A stretch of DNA of 64,000 nucleotides from Leucobacter sp. (GTDB taxonomy: Bacteria; Actinomycetota; Actinomycetes; Actinomycetales; Microbacteriaceae): contig JBQEBC010000004.1 in the NCBI GenBank assembly GCA_052106035.1, forward strand, positions 7,510-71,509. The letters run 5' to 3'. Below are positions 52,425 through 61,333 of the stretch, one piece after another (the stretch's first letter is position 1; each line of letters begins with the position of its first letter). A program made the position numbers and the translations under genes. The notes under the pieces are model-generated. The model saw nothing but the letters and a program-made list of their open reading frames with translations. It did not search any database and was not told where the DNA came from.

Positions 52425-54098
52425 TTGGAAGCGCTACACCAGCTTTCTGGCCCAGTTGTACTCGGCCTATTTCTCGCCTTCTTTGGCACAAGCCTCATCA
52501 TCTCCCTTCGCATCAGCAAGAAGAAGGAGAATGCTGACGGCTACATGACGGCCGGCGGCAAGCTCGGCTTCGGCATTTCCTCAGCGTCAATGACGGCGAC
52601 GTGGATCTGGGCAGCATCGATGTATGCCTCCGCCACTTCGGGCTTCACATATGGACTTTCTGGCCCGATCCACTATGGGCTCTGGGGTGCCCTGATGATC
52701 TTGCTCATCTACCCCTTCGGCCGTCGTATTCGCAAGGTCGCACCAAACGCTCACACCATCGCCGAGGTCATGTTTGCCCGGCACGGCCGCTCGAGTCAGT
52801 TGCTGCTCGCAGGGTCAAACGTGCTGGGCAGTCTCATCAGCCTTACGTCGAACCTCATCGCGGGTGGCGCGCTCATCGACATGCTGTCACCATTCACGTT
52901 CGGCCAGGGCGTTATCGCCATTGGTGCCGGCGTGCTGCTGTACACGCTCTGGGCCGGCTTCCGCGCTTCGGTGCTCACCGATTTCATTCAGGTGCTCTTC
53001 ATGCTCGGTGCGGTCATCATCATCATTCCCATCGTGTTCTTTGCCACGGGTGGCCCTGATCTTTTTGTCACGGGCGCAAGTAACCTCACCCCACAGCAGA
53101 GCGACTTCTTCTCCTCAGACGCGTTCTTTAACCAGGGTGCGCCATACGTTGCAGCCGTTCTGGCCTACGCAATCGGCAACCAAACGATCGCACAACGGCT
53201 CTTTGCCGTTCGTGAGGATCTCATCAAGAAGACGTTTATCACCGCAACCTTCGGGTACGGCGCAACCATCATTGGGATCGGCATGCTTGGAGTGCTCGCG
53301 CTCTATGCCGGCATTGACCCTATGGGCGGCGACACGAACAACCTCATCCCCCAGATGGCGGCAACGTATCTTCCCCCTGCACTCATTGCACTCTTCTTCA
53401 TCATGATCATCGGCTCGCTTTCATCGACCGCTGACGCAGATCTCACCGCGCTCTCCTCTATCGTGATGGCCGACATTTACGGTCAGAACATCGCGGGTAA
53501 GAGCAAGGCGAATCCACGTACCATGGTGCTGATTGGCCGCATCACCATGGTTGTGGCGATGACTGCTGGCATGTACTTCGCGGGGTCTCAGCTCAACATT
53601 CTCGATCTGCTCGTCTTTGTTGGCGCGCTCTGGGGAGCACTCGTCTTCCCCGTGATCGCGAGCTTCTACTGGAACCGCGTCACCAACGTTGCGTTTAGCG
53701 TTGCGGTCGTTGCTGCTCTCGCAGTGTTCATTCCAGTGCGTTTCGCGTGGATCGACATGAGCGGTGCGATGGGGATCGGGTTCGATGTACTCTCCACCCT
53801 CGGTATCGGTGTAGTGCTTGGGCTCATGGCATTCGGGTTCTTCGGTAAGAAAGTCGCGTTCGTCGTGGCCGCCGTATCAATTCTCGCGTCAGCCCCATTT
53901 GCGATCGGATTCCTCCACCAATACGCGGTGCTCTCTGGCTCGCTCGTTGCGTACTCTGTGAGCACCATTGTGTGTCTCGCGATTACGTTTGCCTCGAAGA
54001 AGGAGAAGTTCGACTTCGAGATCATCAAGCAGCGAACGGGCAACTTCGACTCGAGTGAGTCGAACAGGCCTGCCGAACTCGCAACTGTCACCAAGTAG
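52425..54098 (+). CDS. Sodium:solute symporter family protein (urea-transporter DUR3-like subgroup)
   Basis: ATWIWAAS, GFRASVLTD and SLSSTADADL motifs, many TM segments; RBS gaaagga before the TTG start. Confidence 0.85.
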   Translation: MEALHQLSGPVVLGLFLAFFGTSLIISLRISKKKENADGYMTAGGKLGFGISSASMTATWIWAASMYASATSGFTYGLSGPIHYGLWGALMILLIYPFGRRIRKVAPNAHTIAEVMFARHGRSSQLLLAGSNVLGSLISLTSNLIAGGALIDMLSPFTFGQGVIAIGAGVLLYTLWAGFRASVLTDFIQVLFMLGAVIIIIPIVFFATGGPDLFVTGASNLTPQQSDFFSSDAFFNQGAPYVAAVLAYAIGNQTIAQRLFAVREDLIKKTFITATFGYGATIIGIGMLGVLALYAGIDPMGGDTNNLIPQMAATYLPPALIALFFIMIIGSLSSTADADLTALSSIVMADIYGQNIAGKSKANPRTMVLIGRITMVVAMTAGMYFAGSQLNILDLLVFVGALWGALVFPVIASFYWNRVTNVAFSVAVVAALAVFIPVRFAWIDMSGAMGIGFDVLSTLGIGVVLGLMAFGFFGKKVAFVVAAVSILASAPFAIGFLHQYAVLSGSLVAYSVSTIVCLAITFASKKEKFDFEIIKQRTGNFDSSESNRPAELATVTK

Positions 54099-54111
54099 GA
54101 AAGGACTTCTC

Positions 54112-54249
54112 ATGAACTGGCAAGTCATTTTACTCACCACGTACGTACTTATCTGGCCTGTGATTGTTGCAGGCACCCTCTTCGTAATTGTCCGCGCGTT
54201 TTATCGCGAGTGGCGCGAGGCGAAGCGTGAGGGCCGCCAAATCATTTAG
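54112..54249 (+). CDS. Small single-TM protein, putative transporter small subunit (45 aa)
   Basis: RBS gaaagga then MNWQVILLTTYVLIWPVIVAGTLFVIVRAFYREWREAKREGRQII. Confidence 0.8.
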   Translation: MNWQVILLTTYVLIWPVIVAGTLFVIVRAFYREWREAKREGRQII

Positions 54250-54284
54250 CGGGGAGGCTCTTCCCGTACACACGGGATCCACGC

Positions 54285-54325
54285 AAAAAGGAGGGTAGGA
54301 ACCGCATGGTTCCTACCCTCCTTTT
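54285..54325. terminator. Bidirectional intrinsic terminator
   Basis: aaaaggagggtaggaacc-gcat-ggttcctaccctcctttt. Confidence 0.9.
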
Positions 54326-54356
54326 ATGTGTTACGCGAGTGCGTGTTGCGAAATAT

Positions 54357-55166
54357 TTACGCAGCAGTCTCGACGCGCTCAGGTGCCGTCGGAGCCTTGG
54401 GCTCTGTCGGATCGGTCGGGGTCGTCGGCTCTGCGACAACGCGAGTGAAGTAATTCACTGACGACTCTTCACCTGCAGCGTGCACGCGAATCTGCTCACC
54501 GACCTGTGCGCCGGTCACCCAGAGAGCACCCGATCCGCTGCCGTCAGCACCGACGGTGGTCGTGAATGTACCGATCTCAACGTAACCATCAGTCGCGTTC
54601 CACGTCTCGATCGTACCTGTGAGGGTCTCATTTGGGATGAACCCGACGAACTGAAGCTCCACACCGTCACTGCTCTCAAGCTGCGAGACGGTAACAGTCT
54701 CTGGACCAGTCACGGAGGCACCCTCAGTAATGACGAGTGCGATGCTTTCAGCGTTCTCCCACTTGGTCTCGCCTGCTGCATCTTCGTAGGTGTAGCTGGC
54801 ACTGACATCGTACTTGGGGTACCCATCAGCGTTCGGTGCAACCGGAGCCTGAGATGCATCTGGAGTAAGGTTGCCCGACACACTCCCATCTACAACGTCT
54901 GCGGCAAGGAAGGTTTCGTTGGCAACGCTACCGCCACCATTTTCGCCCATTGAGCCGATGTACACATTAATCTCAATGGCGTCGTCCGGAATGCTACCTA
55001 CCGTAAAGTCCACGCCGTCGCCCCAGCTGCCAGCAGCAAAAGTGTCACTCACGATAGAAAGCGTCGGTGCTTCACCTTCACCCGCGAATGCAGGCGCGCT
55101 TACCAGGGTAAGTCCGAGCGCCAACGTGCCGATAGCGGCTAGTTTGCCGCGAGTTTTCAAACGCAT
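54357..55166 (-). CDS. Secreted acidic hypothetical protein
   Basis: Signal peptide MRLKTRGKLAAIGTLALGLTLVSAPAFA; beta-rich body; PT-rich linker ending RVETAA. Confidence 0.8.
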   Translation of the reverse strand: MRLKTRGKLAAIGTLALGLTLVSAPAFAGEGEAPTLSIVSDTFAAGSWGDGVDFTVGSIPDDAIEINVYIGSMGENGGGSVANETFLAADVVDGSVSGNLTPDASQAPVAPNADGYPKYDVSASYTYEDAAGETKWENAESIALVITEGASVTGPETVTVSQLESSDGVELQFVGFIPNETLTGTIETWNATDGYVEIGTFTTTVGADGSGSGALWVTGAQVGEQIRVHAAGEESSVNYFTRVVAEPTTPTDPTEPKAPTAPERVETAA

Positions 55167-55377
55167 AATTCTCCATTTGTGTGTGATGTTTCTGGCGTGC
55201 CCCAACACACCGCGGTCAGAATTCAGTGCGTCATCTGTCACGGGCAGCACCCACAGGCGACGACAACACCAACATCCAGGCAACCACACACATGTCGCGT
55301 TCGCAACTATAGATTGTCTATGAATTAACCCATCAGGGGATAAACAAGGGCCCATTTTTGGGCATGTCCGTGGCATG

Positions 55378-55415
55378 AAAAAAGGGGCAGGAACCAATTG
55401 GTCCCTGCCCCTTTT
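55378..55415 (-). terminator. Intrinsic terminator of rplJL
   Basis: aaaaaaggggcagg...cctgcccctttt. Confidence 0.88.
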
Positions 55416-55434
55416 ACTCGCTTACGCGAAGAAC

Positions 55435-55812
55435 TTATGCAAGCTTTACGCCAGCGCCAGCCTCTTCGAGCTTTGCCTTTGCTTCGTCAGCAGCTTCCTT
55501 CGGTGCACCCTCAAGAACAGCCTTCGGTGCTTCCTCAACGAGAGCCTTTGCCTCGCCGAGGCCAAGGCCGGTGATCTCGCGAACAGCCTTGATGACCTGG
55601 ATCTTCTTGTCACCCACGGTGTCGAGGATAACGTCGAATTCAGTCTTCTCTTCAGCAGCCTCAGCCGGTGCAGCAGCAGCTGCAGCAACTGCAACTGGAG
55701 CAGCAGCCGATACGTCGAATGCCTCCTCGAATGCCTTTACGAAATCCGAGAGCTCGATGAGGGTGAGCTCCTTGAACTGCTCGAGCAGCTCTTCAGTTGA
55801 AAGCTTAGCCAT
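55435..55812 (-). CDS. rplL: 50S ribosomal protein L7/L12
   Basis: [20 protein letters not shown] and LGLGEAK motifs. Confidence 0.98.
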   Translation of the reverse strand: MAKLSTEELLEQFKELTLIELSDFVKAFEEAFDVSAAAPVAVAAAAAAPAEAAEEKTEFDVILDTVGDKKIQVIKAVREITGLGLGEAKALVEEAPKAVLEGAPKEAADEAKAKLEEAGAGVKLA

Positions 55813-55902
55813 GGTATTTCTCCTTGATGTTTGCCCTGCACGATTTAGATAAACGAAAGTGCGCAGGAGCGAATTTGTTTCGGGTCGGCGGATGCCGATT
55901 CC

Positions 55903-56412
55903 TTACGCGTCCTGCTTCTCCTGCAGCGCGCCGAAGCCGCGAGCGGCCTTGGCGGGCAGAGCGTTGAACAGCTGTGCAGCGCCGATCAGCGAAGCCTTCA
56001 TTGCGCCAGCGGCCTTAGCCAACAGCACCTCGCGGCTTTCGAGATCAGCAAGCTTGCCTACCTCAGCGGCGGTCAGGGCCTTGCCATCGAAATAGCCGCC
56101 CTTGATCACCAAAAGAGGGTTTGCCTTGGCGAAGTCACGCAAAGCCTTCGCAACGGCGACAGTGTCACCGTGTACGAATGCGAGTGCCGACGGGCCCGAG
56201 AGCTCGTCGTCAAACGCATTGATTCCGGCGTTGTTTGCCGCAATCTTAGTCAGCGTGTTCTTCGCCACAGCGTACGTCGCGTCCTCACGCATGCTGTTAC
56301 GGAGTGACCGCATTTCAGCAACCGTGAGACCGCGGTACTCAGTCAGCAGAACGGCACTCGAGTCTTCAAACTGCTTCTGAAGATCGGCGACCGTAGCGTC
56401 CTTCGTAGCCAT
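55903..56412 (-). CDS. rplJ: 50S ribosomal protein L10
   Basis: TEYRGLTVA and KNTLTKIAA motifs; start ATG 56412. Confidence 0.97.
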   Translation of the reverse strand: MATKDATVADLQKQFEDSSAVLLTEYRGLTVAEMRSLRNSMREDATYAVAKNTLTKIAANNAGINAFDDELSGPSALAFVHGDTVAVAKALRDFAKANPLLVIKGGYFDGKALTAAEVGKLADLESREVLLAKAAGAMKASLIGAAQLFNALPAKAARGFGALQEKQDA

Positions 56413-56487
56413 GGCGCTCCCTTTGTTGTCGTATCCGGACGGCGAATGCCGCACGGTGGCCGTGCCGCACGGAGCGCTTCTCAAACG

Positions 56488-56628
56488 AAAAAAGCTCCGG
56501 CGCGCACGCACGGAGCTTCAAAGAGTTGGAACGAAGTTCACACTCAAGGAATTCTGTACCTGCGCAGGTCTTCACTTTCGTGAACGTTACGAAGTTCTTG
56601 CGAACTCTACCGACGGTCTAGGGCCGGA
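56488..56628 (-). promoter_or_regulatory. L10 ribosomal protein leader with downstream attenuator-like hairpin
   Basis: Minus strand agaccgtcggt...gaagacctgcgcaggt, then aagctccg...cggagctttttt (56488-56518); putative -10 TAAGCT at 56632-56637. Confidence 0.75.
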
Positions 56629-56957
56629 GAAAGCTTAACACATGGCAACGCCACTCATGAACCTGAATCTGGGCACGGGAAGGTCTTGGGCATAAGCATG
56701 GGCAGATCTTAGGCCTGGGCTCAGGCAGCTTGGGTCTGGGCCTGTCTGGGACTGCCTGTTCTTGGCCAGGGAACGTCCGCTCGCCACGCACCCAAACCGT
56801 ACGCCGAACTTCTACCCAGTTACGAACGTAAATCTACATTTTCCTTCGGAACTGTGCACAAGTTCGGAATTAGATTCACGATGGGATCAGCACGTATTCC
56901 GCCACCCCGCGCTTCGCTCCGTGGGCTGCTGCCGTGGGTTGCACCACGGATGCATGT

Positions 56958-57680
56958 TCAATCCGCTGGCTTGACCATGTATCCCGCGCCACGCACGGTG
57001 TGGATCATCGCGGGACGACCGTTGTCAATCTTGCGACGAAGATACGAGATGTAGAGTTCAACGACTGTCGGCTTCCCAGAGAAATCGTAGCTCCACACGC
57101 GGTCGAGAATTTGTGCTTTCGAGAGCACACGCCCGGAGTTGCGCATCAGGTATCGCAGCAGTTCAAACTCGGTGCTGGTGAGCTGAATGAGTTCATCCCC
57201 ACGCATCACCTCGTAGCTGTCTTCGTTGAGTTCAAGATCCCCCACCCGCAAGATCGGGTTTGGTTGTGAGTCGAGCACGAGCTGCGATCGACGCACGAGC
57301 CCCCGAAGGCGCGCAAGCAGTTCTTCGAGACTGAATGGCTTCACAACATAGTCATCCCCGCCGGCGGTGAGGCCCGTGACGCGATCCTCAACGGAGTCGA
57401 GAGCGGTGAGGAAGAGTACGGGGAAGATCTCGCCAGCGGAACGCACTCGGGAGAGCAGTTGCACCCCATCAAAGTCGGGGAGCATGATGTCGAATACGGC
57501 GACGTCTGGCTTGAAGGTGCGTATGGCGTCGAGTGCATCGTCGGAGGTGGCTGCGGTGGCGACTTCCCAACCTTCGTAACGAAGCGCCATTGCGATCAAC
57601 TGAGTGATCGAAACCTCGTCGTCAACTACGAGTGCACGTACTGGACTTCCATCCGTTCGGGTGGGGGGCACGGAATTCAT
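56958..57680 (-). CDS. OmpR/PhoB-family response regulator (TcrX-like), orphan
   Basis: VVDDE, DIMLPD, GGDDYVVKPF and HTVRGAGY motifs. Confidence 0.93.
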   Translation of the reverse strand: MNSVPPTRTDGSPVRALVVDDEVSITQLIAMALRYEGWEVATAATSDDALDAIRTFKPDVAVFDIMLPDFDGVQLLSRVRSAGEIFPVLFLTALDSVEDRVTGLTAGGDDYVVKPFSLEELLARLRGLVRRSQLVLDSQPNPILRVGDLELNEDSYEVMRGDELIQLTSTEFELLRYLMRNSGRVLSKAQILDRVWSYDFSGKPTVVELYISYLRRKIDNGRPAMIHTVRGAGYMVKPAD

Positions 57681-57800
57681 AAAGTACATAGTGCAGGTCA
57701 CAACTGTGTATCAACTGGGTGGAAGACTAACATCGTGGGTGTATCGTGCGCGAGCGCGCCCTCACACGTGCAGCAGGAGAAGCGTGGAACAATAGAGAAC

Positions 57801-58397
57801 GTGATTGCCCCTCCCTCCCTTTCTGACGCGTATATTGCACGCATCGTGACGGACGGAACTGACCGTATGGCTTGGATGCGGGCACGCTCCAGGGGTGTGA
57901 CTGCGACTGACATTGCGAAGCTTTCTACACCGCGGTCAATCCAGACGGCAGCGCACGAGAAAATTCACGGCAGTCGGTTTGCTGGGAATGTATATACCGA
58001 CCATGGCAAGGCACGCGAACCGGTCATTGCGGCCTGGGTAGAGCGGGAATATGGGATCCACCCGAGCTCGGCACTATTTCACGCCGAGATGGATCTCAGA
58101 CACCTCGCCACGCCCGACGGTGTGGTGCTGCGAAAAACCGGCACCCTCGAACTTGCAGAGATCAAGACGACGAATAAGCCCTGGCGGTCGATTCCACGGA
58201 ATTACCTTCGCCAGATCTGGTGGCAGCAATATGTGCTTGGCGCCGAGCGCACGCTCATGGTCTGGGAACAACATGAAGACTTCGTACCGACCGGCGATCC
58301 TCAGTTTCGCTGGGTGGATCGCGATGAGTCGGAAATCGAGCGCCTCGTCACGCTCGCAGGAAGCCTCATTGATGTGCTCATCGCCCGCACGACGTAA
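57801..58397 (+). CDS. YqaJ/lambda-exonuclease-like nuclease
   Basis: WMRARSRGVTATD, ATPDG, EIKT and YLRQIWWQ motifs. Confidence 0.88.
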   Translation: MIAPPSLSDAYIARIVTDGTDRMAWMRARSRGVTATDIAKLSTPRSIQTAAHEKIHGSRFAGNVYTDHGKAREPVIAAWVEREYGIHPSSALFHAEMDLRHLATPDGVVLRKTGTLELAEIKTTNKPWRSIPRNYLRQIWWQQYVLGAERTLMVWEQHEDFVPTGDPQFRWVDRDESEIERLVTLAGSLIDVLIARTT

Positions 58398-58420
58398 CGG
58401 CGAGTAGTGCACAAGTACGG

Positions 58421-59068
58421 CTAAGCGCCGAAGCCCGTGGCACGCACCTGCTCGTCGTAGTTTCGCTCCGAGAGTTCCTGTATCGCGGTGTGGAGTTCCT
58501 TCACACCGGGCGCATCAGGGATCCGGGTAGATTCAGCCCCGACATATAGGTCGATATCGCCCGAGCCGAATAAACGCTGTATGGGGTTCTGTTTTGTGCG
58601 TACTTCACGCACACGAGCGAGCGAGATTTCTCGTCGGTGGCGTACAAAGAACCCTGAGTGCAAGATCGTGCGCCGTGTGGTCACAACTACGCGGCGTGAA
58701 AGCCAAGCGAGAATGGGAATGAGGCCGCCGAAGATTGCCAAGATCGCCGCGCCCCCAATGGCGATCATGTTCATCCATTGGTCTGGGAACGTTCCGATGA
58801 AGTACCCCGATGCTCCGGCGACGGCGACCAGGATAAGCACCGGCAGTGTGAGGTGTCTGCCGTGCCTGCGCACGCGAACAATGATCGCTTCCGGCTTCGC
58901 GTGAGCGTCAGCACTGCTAAACCCCGCGTTGTTGAACCCGGCGTGCACAGATGCCCCGGCGAAGTTTGCGGATCCAGGCGCGGGCCGCTCAGCAGACGAG
59001 TCAACAGAAGATGCATGGAGCACCGTCGTTTCATCGTGCGCTTCGCGGCGCGCGCCTTTCCCCCACAT
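58421..59068 (-). CDS. Membrane protein with bacterial PH domain
   Basis: Two TM segments, then VTTRR...SG...EISLARV...QRLFGSGDI. Confidence 0.85.
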   Translation of the reverse strand: MWGKGARREAHDETTVLHASSVDSSAERPAPGSANFAGASVHAGFNNAGFSSADAHAKPEAIIVRVRRHGRHLTLPVLILVAVAGASGYFIGTFPDQWMNMIAIGGAAILAIFGGLIPILAWLSRRVVVTTRRTILHSGFFVRHRREISLARVREVRTKQNPIQRLFGSGDIDLYVGAESTRIPDAPGVKELHTAIQELSERNYDEQVRATGFGA

Positions 59069-59070
59069 GA

Positions 59071-60642
59071 CTATGCAGTCTGGTCAGGGGTTCGGTTCAC
59101 CTGAGCAGCTTCGGCTGCGTGTGCGGCGTCGGCCGCCGAGTCTGCCGCGTTATCAGCAGCACCTGCCGCGGTCTCCACAAGGTCTGCTTTCTGGTCGACT
59201 ACTGGTGAGTGTTCGATGTCCGTGCTGTCGGTGCGCGGGCGTGCGGCACGGCCAGCGGCTGCCCCTGCAGCGCTGCCTGACACCACACCGTTGAGCATGC
59301 CGACGAGGTCGACTCCAACCGTTTCGCGAGCCATTTCGAGCAGTCCCTTAATATTGCCCATCGCGTCACCCGCGACCTTCTGCGTGCCGTCGGCTGACAC
59401 CACGGTCATGTTGTCAATGTTGCCGATTGCCTGCGCGTATTCCGAAGCGATCTCGGGCAGGAGATGGATGAGCTCCTGTGCAAGCACCGCTTCAGACTGT
59501 GTTTCGAGTGCGCGAGCGCGCGCGTCAATAGCGGTCGCCTCTGCGGCACCCTTCGCCTCGATCGCTTCGGCTTCTGCTCGGCCCTCGGCCGCGAGGGCCG
59601 CTGCGGCAGCAATACGGGCTTCACGCGCCGCAATACCCTCGCGCTCGACCGACTGTGCGCGGCCTTCGGCGGCTGATACCGCTGCCGAAGCATCGGCCTT
59701 CGCGAGCGCTTCGACTCGGTAAGCCTCGGCCTCGGCGACAGCGCGCACGTCTGCGTTCAGCTTCTCGGTGCGCAGGGCGACTTCCTTCTGCGCGGTGATC
59801 TGCTGCTGCTCAACGATCGCCTGCTGCTGAATTGCTTGCTCGAGAGGTTCTGCGGCGTGTGCAAGCGCATTCGCTTTATCGGTCTCGGCTTGAATCTCAG
59901 CCTGACGCAGCTTAAGCTCGCGATTGCGGTCAAGCAGCACCTTCTCGGCAGCGATCTTCGCTTCCTCAGACGCCTGATACGCATTCGTCTCGGCGATATC
60001 TGCGGCCTGACGCACCTTCGCGGCTTCCGGGCGACCAATGTTCGTGATGTAGTCAGCGCCATCGCGAATCTCTTGAATCTGCAACGTGTCAACAACGAGG
60101 CCCTGCTTGGTGAGCGCCTCTTCAGCAGCCTCGAGCACGCTCTGAGCGACCACCGCACGATCGCGAATGATCTGGAGGACGGTGAGGCCACCAATGATTG
60201 AACGCAAAGAACCCGAAAGCACTTCCTGTGTCGACTCATCGATCTCATCTGAGTTTGAGAGGAATCGCTGGGCTGCCGCGCGAATCATTTCCTGCGTACC
60301 GCCGACCTTCACCACGGCCACAGCTTGCGCCTGCATAGTGATGCCGTCGGTCGTCTGCGCTTCGGTGGTAATCGTAAGTCGGCGCGAACGCAGCGAGATC
60401 GAGAACGACTTCTGCACGAACGGTACGACGAACACGCCACCGCCGGTGACAACCTTCTGCCCCGAGAGGTCGCGTGAGGTGGAACCGTCGGCTCCGCGCA
60501 CTTCCTTGCCCTTGCCGCCCGTAACGATGATCGCCTCATCGGGCTTTGCAATGCGGTAACGCTTAATAATGACGAGCGCGATGAGCACGAGCGCGATTAC
60601 GGCGCCAAAAATGCCAACGATGGCGGGGGTCAATAAGAACAT
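59071..60642 (-). CDS. Flotillin (SPFH family)
   Basis: PDEAIIVTG, AAAQRFL, LRSIIG and LQIQEIRD motifs; AEA-rich coiled coil. Confidence 0.93.
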   Translation of the reverse strand: MFLLTPAIVGIFGAVIALVLIALVIIKRYRIAKPDEAIIVTGGKGKEVRGADGSTSRDLSGQKVVTGGGVFVVPFVQKSFSISLRSRRLTITTEAQTTDGITMQAQAVAVVKVGGTQEMIRAAAQRFLSNSDEIDESTQEVLSGSLRSIIGGLTVLQIIRDRAVVAQSVLEAAEEALTKQGLVVDTLQIQEIRDGADYITNIGRPEAAKVRQAADIAETNAYQASEEAKIAAEKVLLDRNRELKLRQAEIQAETDKANALAHAAEPLEQAIQQQAIVEQQQITAQKEVALRTEKLNADVRAVAEAEAYRVEALAKADASAAVSAAEGRAQSVEREGIAAREARIAAAAALAAEGRAEAEAIEAKGAAEATAIDARARALETQSEAVLAQELIHLLPEIASEYAQAIGNIDNMTVVSADGTQKVAGDAMGNIKGLLEMARETVGVDLVGMLNGVVSGSAAGAAAGRAARPRTDSTDIEHSPVVDQKADLVETAAGAADNAADSAADAAHAAEAAQVNRTPDQTA

Positions 60643-60650
60643 ATCTTCTC

Positions 60651-61250
60651 TCAAAGAGTAGGTGATTGCGGACTTTGGTCGGTGTCAGCAGGGGCTGAAG
60701 CAGAGGACGCGGCAGAATCGGGCTCCACGCGCACGGAGGTCGCGGTGATGGTCTGGATAATGCGCACATGCGCCCCTCGCGGAATCGCGACATCGGCTGA
60801 GGCTGAAAGCGAGACGCGCTCACCGTGGCGCACGAGTGCAACCTCTCCAAGCCCACCAGCGGGAATTCCGAGCACTACGTTTGCGTGTGCGCCCACGAGC
60901 TCGTCGCCAGAAATTGCCGTCGACGATTCGGCGCTTCGAATTAAGCGGCTCAGCCACCAGGCAGCGGCGCCACCGAGTACTCCGGCGACGGCACCAAGTG
61001 CGCCAGCTACAGGAGTACTCAGCCCTGCACCGACAAGCGCGAACGCGGTGAACCCAAAGATTGCAGTAAACGCAGCAATGGTCGTGAGGCTGAGCGGACC
61101 ATCTCCGAAGTCGAAGGCGTCAAAGATACCGTCAAGCAGAAGCGAAATAACGAGCAGAAGCCCGCCAACGATGCCGATGATGAGAAAGATGCCACCCGCA
61201 ATGAGCGACCCATCGAGCAGGCTCGACACCCAGTCTCCGATAGCTCCCAC
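60651..61250 (-). CDS. NfeD-like flotillin partner
   Basis: Three TM segments plus an OB-fold-like region (LVG..A.V...IP..G.GEV); directly upstream of the flotillin. Confidence 0.85.
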   Translation of the reverse strand: MGAIGDWVSSLLDGSLIAGGIFLIIGIVGGLLLVISLLLDGIFDAFDFGDGPLSLTTIAAFTAIFGFTAFALVGAGLSTPVAGALGAVAGVLGGAAAWWLSRLIRSAESSTAISGDELVGAHANVVLGIPAGGLGEVALVRHGERVSLSASADVAIPRGAHVRIIQTITATSVRVEPDSAASSASAPADTDQSPQSPTL

Positions 61251-61333
61251 GGTGCACCTCTTCGTTCAATTGCTGACAAGCTAAGCGTAGCAAGCACGAG
61301 GCGAGCGCGGCTGCACTGTTTAGGTCTCGCCGT

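Noticed and set aside
57801-58397. Prophage around the YqaJ gene
   Set aside because: The flanks are ordinary host genes, with no att repeats, integrase or structural genes.
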